From: Chrysomallon squamiferum
Taxonomy: Eukaryota > Animalia > Mollusca
DNA: 64,000 bases
Assembly (NCBI GenBank): GCA_012295275.1
Contig: CM022670.1
Span: 27,342,001 to 27,406,000 of the forward strand
Direction: 5' to 3'
This document shows positions 63,804-64,000 of this stretch, piece after piece. The notes under the pieces were generated by a model, which ran no database searches, was not told the DNA's origin, and saw only the letters and a program-made list of their open reading frames with translations. Position numbers and translations under genes: made by a program. How positions within the stretch are numbered: the first letter of the stretch is position 1; every line of letters starts with the position of its first letter.

Positions 63804-64000
63804 TCACCACTGACTCAGATGACATTTTAAACACTTTTTTCTATTTGCTTACACAAAAACACAATACAGTTTGTGACTTGCTTGGACATGATTTTAAACA
63901 ATATTTTTGCTGCATACTTGTACAGAAACGAACAATATTTTTGCTACTCAGTTGGACAGAAACACTAACAATACATTTTAAACAATATTTTTGCTGTGCA
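63804..64000 (-). repeat. Inverted paralogue of the distal part of the 56060-56690 array, inside a TFIIS intron and truncated by the window end
   Basis: The reverse complement reads GCAAAAATATTGTTTAAAATCATGTCCAAG..TCACAAA..GTTTTTGTGTAAG..TAGAAAAAA..ATCTGAGTCAGTGGTGA, colinear with 56560-56690. Confidence 0.88.

Overview
AT-rich, microsatellite-dense, intron-rich animal DNA. The repeat landscape suggests a mollusc, possibly an octopod cephalopod; this is inference only. Most of the window (10180-~58053, + strand) is one 16-exon gene for a tandem-domain (D1+D2) protein tyrosine phosphatase with receptor-type PTP exon structure. All 15 introns are GT-AG, phases are consistent, and the spliced ORF is 707 aa. 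It has no signal peptide, ectodomain or TM segment in the window. D1 keeps HCX5R but all the other catalytic motifs are rewritten (KNRY->NNNK, WPD->FHD, HCSAGVGRTG->[11 protein letters not shown]-loop Q->R). D2 is a Cys->Ser pseudophosphatase domain, and the tail carries a calcineurin-type PxIxIT motif (PRIIIT). The right end holds the last two coding exons of a convergent TFIIS/TCEA gene (- strand), which the ORF track misses. Unusual non-coding structure: a tandem array that amplifies the exon-14 splice donor and has an inverted copy inside the TFIIS intron; an in-frame alternative acceptor that would split the catalytic loop; a candidate 57-nt cassette exon; an ambiguous two-frame C-terminus; and complementary microsatellites bracketing exon 10. 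Nearly all other ORF-track entries are microsatellite artefacts. Coordinates were read by eye.
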